32,000 nt of DNA from Candidatus Baldrarchaeota archaeon (GTDB taxonomy: Archaea; Asgardarchaeota; Baldrarchaeia; Baldrarchaeales; DXJG01). Below, in pieces: positions 30,888 through 32,000 of the stretch (position 1 is its first letter; the number at the start of each line of letters is the position of its first letter). Below the pieces are notes generated by a model, which had not been told where the DNA came from, did not search any database, and worked only from the letters and a program-made list of their open reading frames with translations. Where the stretch lies: assembly GCA_019056805.1 (NCBI GenBank), contig DXJG01000009.1:207454-239453 (forward strand), given 5' to 3'. The position numbers and the translations under genes are program-made.

Positions 30888-30989
30888 TATAACACACCGA
30901 AATCATAATCTTACTTCTATTTTCGCTTTAATCCAATATTTTTGACCAAAAATATTTTCATTTCGCGAATAATGTGAAATTTCTTCAAA

Positions 30990-31015
30990 CGTTATATTTA
31001 TATAGAAGTGCTATT
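30990..31015 (+). promoter_or_regulatory. TATA-containing promoter/operator shared with the first thermosome gene
   Basis: CGTTATATTTATATAGAAGTGCTATT is 25/26 identical to 17706-17731. Confidence 0.7.
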
Positions 31016-31087
31016 AGGCTTTTTTGCAGAATTAATAACCACCATTTAGCGGTGTTATTTGAAAATAAAAATAAGGGAGGAAATGAT

Positions 31088-32000
31088 ATGGCTAGACAAC
31101 CAGCTGGAATTCCAGTTATAATTTTGAGAGAAGGTACTCAGAGGACCGTTGGTAGAGATGCTATGAGAGCAAACATAATGGCAGCAAGAGTAATCGCAGA
31201 AGCAATAAGAACAGCCCTAGGACCAAGAGGAATGGACAAAATGCTAGTAGACAGTCTAGGCGATGTAGTCATCACAAACGACGGAGCAACAATACTAAAA
31301 GAAATTGAGGTGCAGCACCCAGCTGCAAAAATGATGGTCGAAGTAGCAAAAGCACAAGATGATGAGGTTGGTGATGGAACCACAACAGCAGTAGTAGTCG
31401 CAGGAGAACTACTCAAAAAAGCAGAAGAACTACTAGACCAAAACATACACCCAACAATAATAGTAGAAGGATATAAAAAAGCAGCAGACAAGGCATGTGA
31501 AGTTCTTGATGAAATTGCATTAACTACAACACCTGAAAACGAAGATGTACTCATAAAGATTGGAAAAACAGCCTTAAACAGTAAGGCTGTCTCTGGCGCA
31601 AGAGAACTATTTGCTAGGATAGCGGTAGATGCGGTAAAACAAGTTGCAGAAGAAAGAAATGGAAAAATCATCGCTGACATAGACCTCATAGGTATATTAA
31701 AGAAACAAGGAAAAAGCCTATACGAAACAGAACTAATCTCAGGAATCGTTATCGACAAAGAAGTGGTTCACCCAGGTATGCCAAAACGTGTAACAAATGC
31801 AAAAATCGCTCTAATAAATGCCCCACTAGAAATCGAAAAAACAGAATTCGATGCAGAAATAAGAATCACTGATCCAACCCAAATGAAAGCATTCCTCGAA
31901 GAAGAACAGCGCATGCTTAAAGAAATGGTTGAAAAAATCAAAGAAACCGGCGCCAACGTTCTGTTCTGTCAGAAGGGCATTGATGATGTTGCCCAGCACT
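31088..32000 (+). CDS. ths: Second thermosome subunit (alpha-like), truncated by the window end
   Basis: Translated by hand, as it is absent from the ORF track: [19 protein letters not shown]...LGPRGMDKM...GDGTTT...[11 protein letters not shown]...[10 protein letters not shown]. Open to the end of the window. Confidence 0.95.
   Translation, partial: MARQPAGIPVIILREGTQRTVGRDAMRANIMAARVIAEAIRTALGPRGMDKMLVDSLGDVVITNDGATILKEIEVQHPAAKMMVEVAKAQDDEVGDGTTTAVVVAGELLKKAEELLDQNIHPTIIVEGYKKAADKACEVLDEIALTTTPENEDVLIKIGKTALNSKAVSGARELFARIAVDAVKQVAEERNGKIIADIDLIGILKKQGKSLYETELISGIVIDKEVVHPGMPKRVTNAKIALINAPLEIEKTEFDAEIRITDPTQMKAFLEEEQRMLKEMVEKIKETGANVLFCQKGIDDVAQH

Overview
Low-GC, gene-dense archaeal chromosomal window with GGAGG/GGTGA Shine-Dalgarno sites and TATA boxes. 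It is most likely from an Asgard archaeon, because it carries a gelsolin-domain protein, two Roadblock/LC7 proteins and an Rpn11-like JAMM protein. Most genes are housekeeping: FBP aldolase/phosphatase, Cdc6-like ATPase, AK6, DUF99, CLC, aminotransferase, archaeal SAM synthetase, Sec11, PyrE, two M50 proteases, Ard1-like GNAT, radical SAM, two thermosome subunits, Rpo6, Cdc48, MgtE-like transporter, Rio2, eS17 and Hsp20. There is also one C/D-box sRNA candidate. The main finding is that the fbp gene (390-1578) is interrupted by two short bulge-helix-bulge (BHB) introns, at 1103-1132 (30 nt) and 1468-1516 (49 nt). Cutting at the standard BHB positions restores the conserved YVGK-DDP catalytic motif and the conserved HRLxPxEMEYTTLP..LEKL..RF C-terminus, giving a 369-aa protein. 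This points to tRNA-endonuclease-type splicing of a central-metabolism mRNA. All calls come from reading the sequence; no database searches were run.
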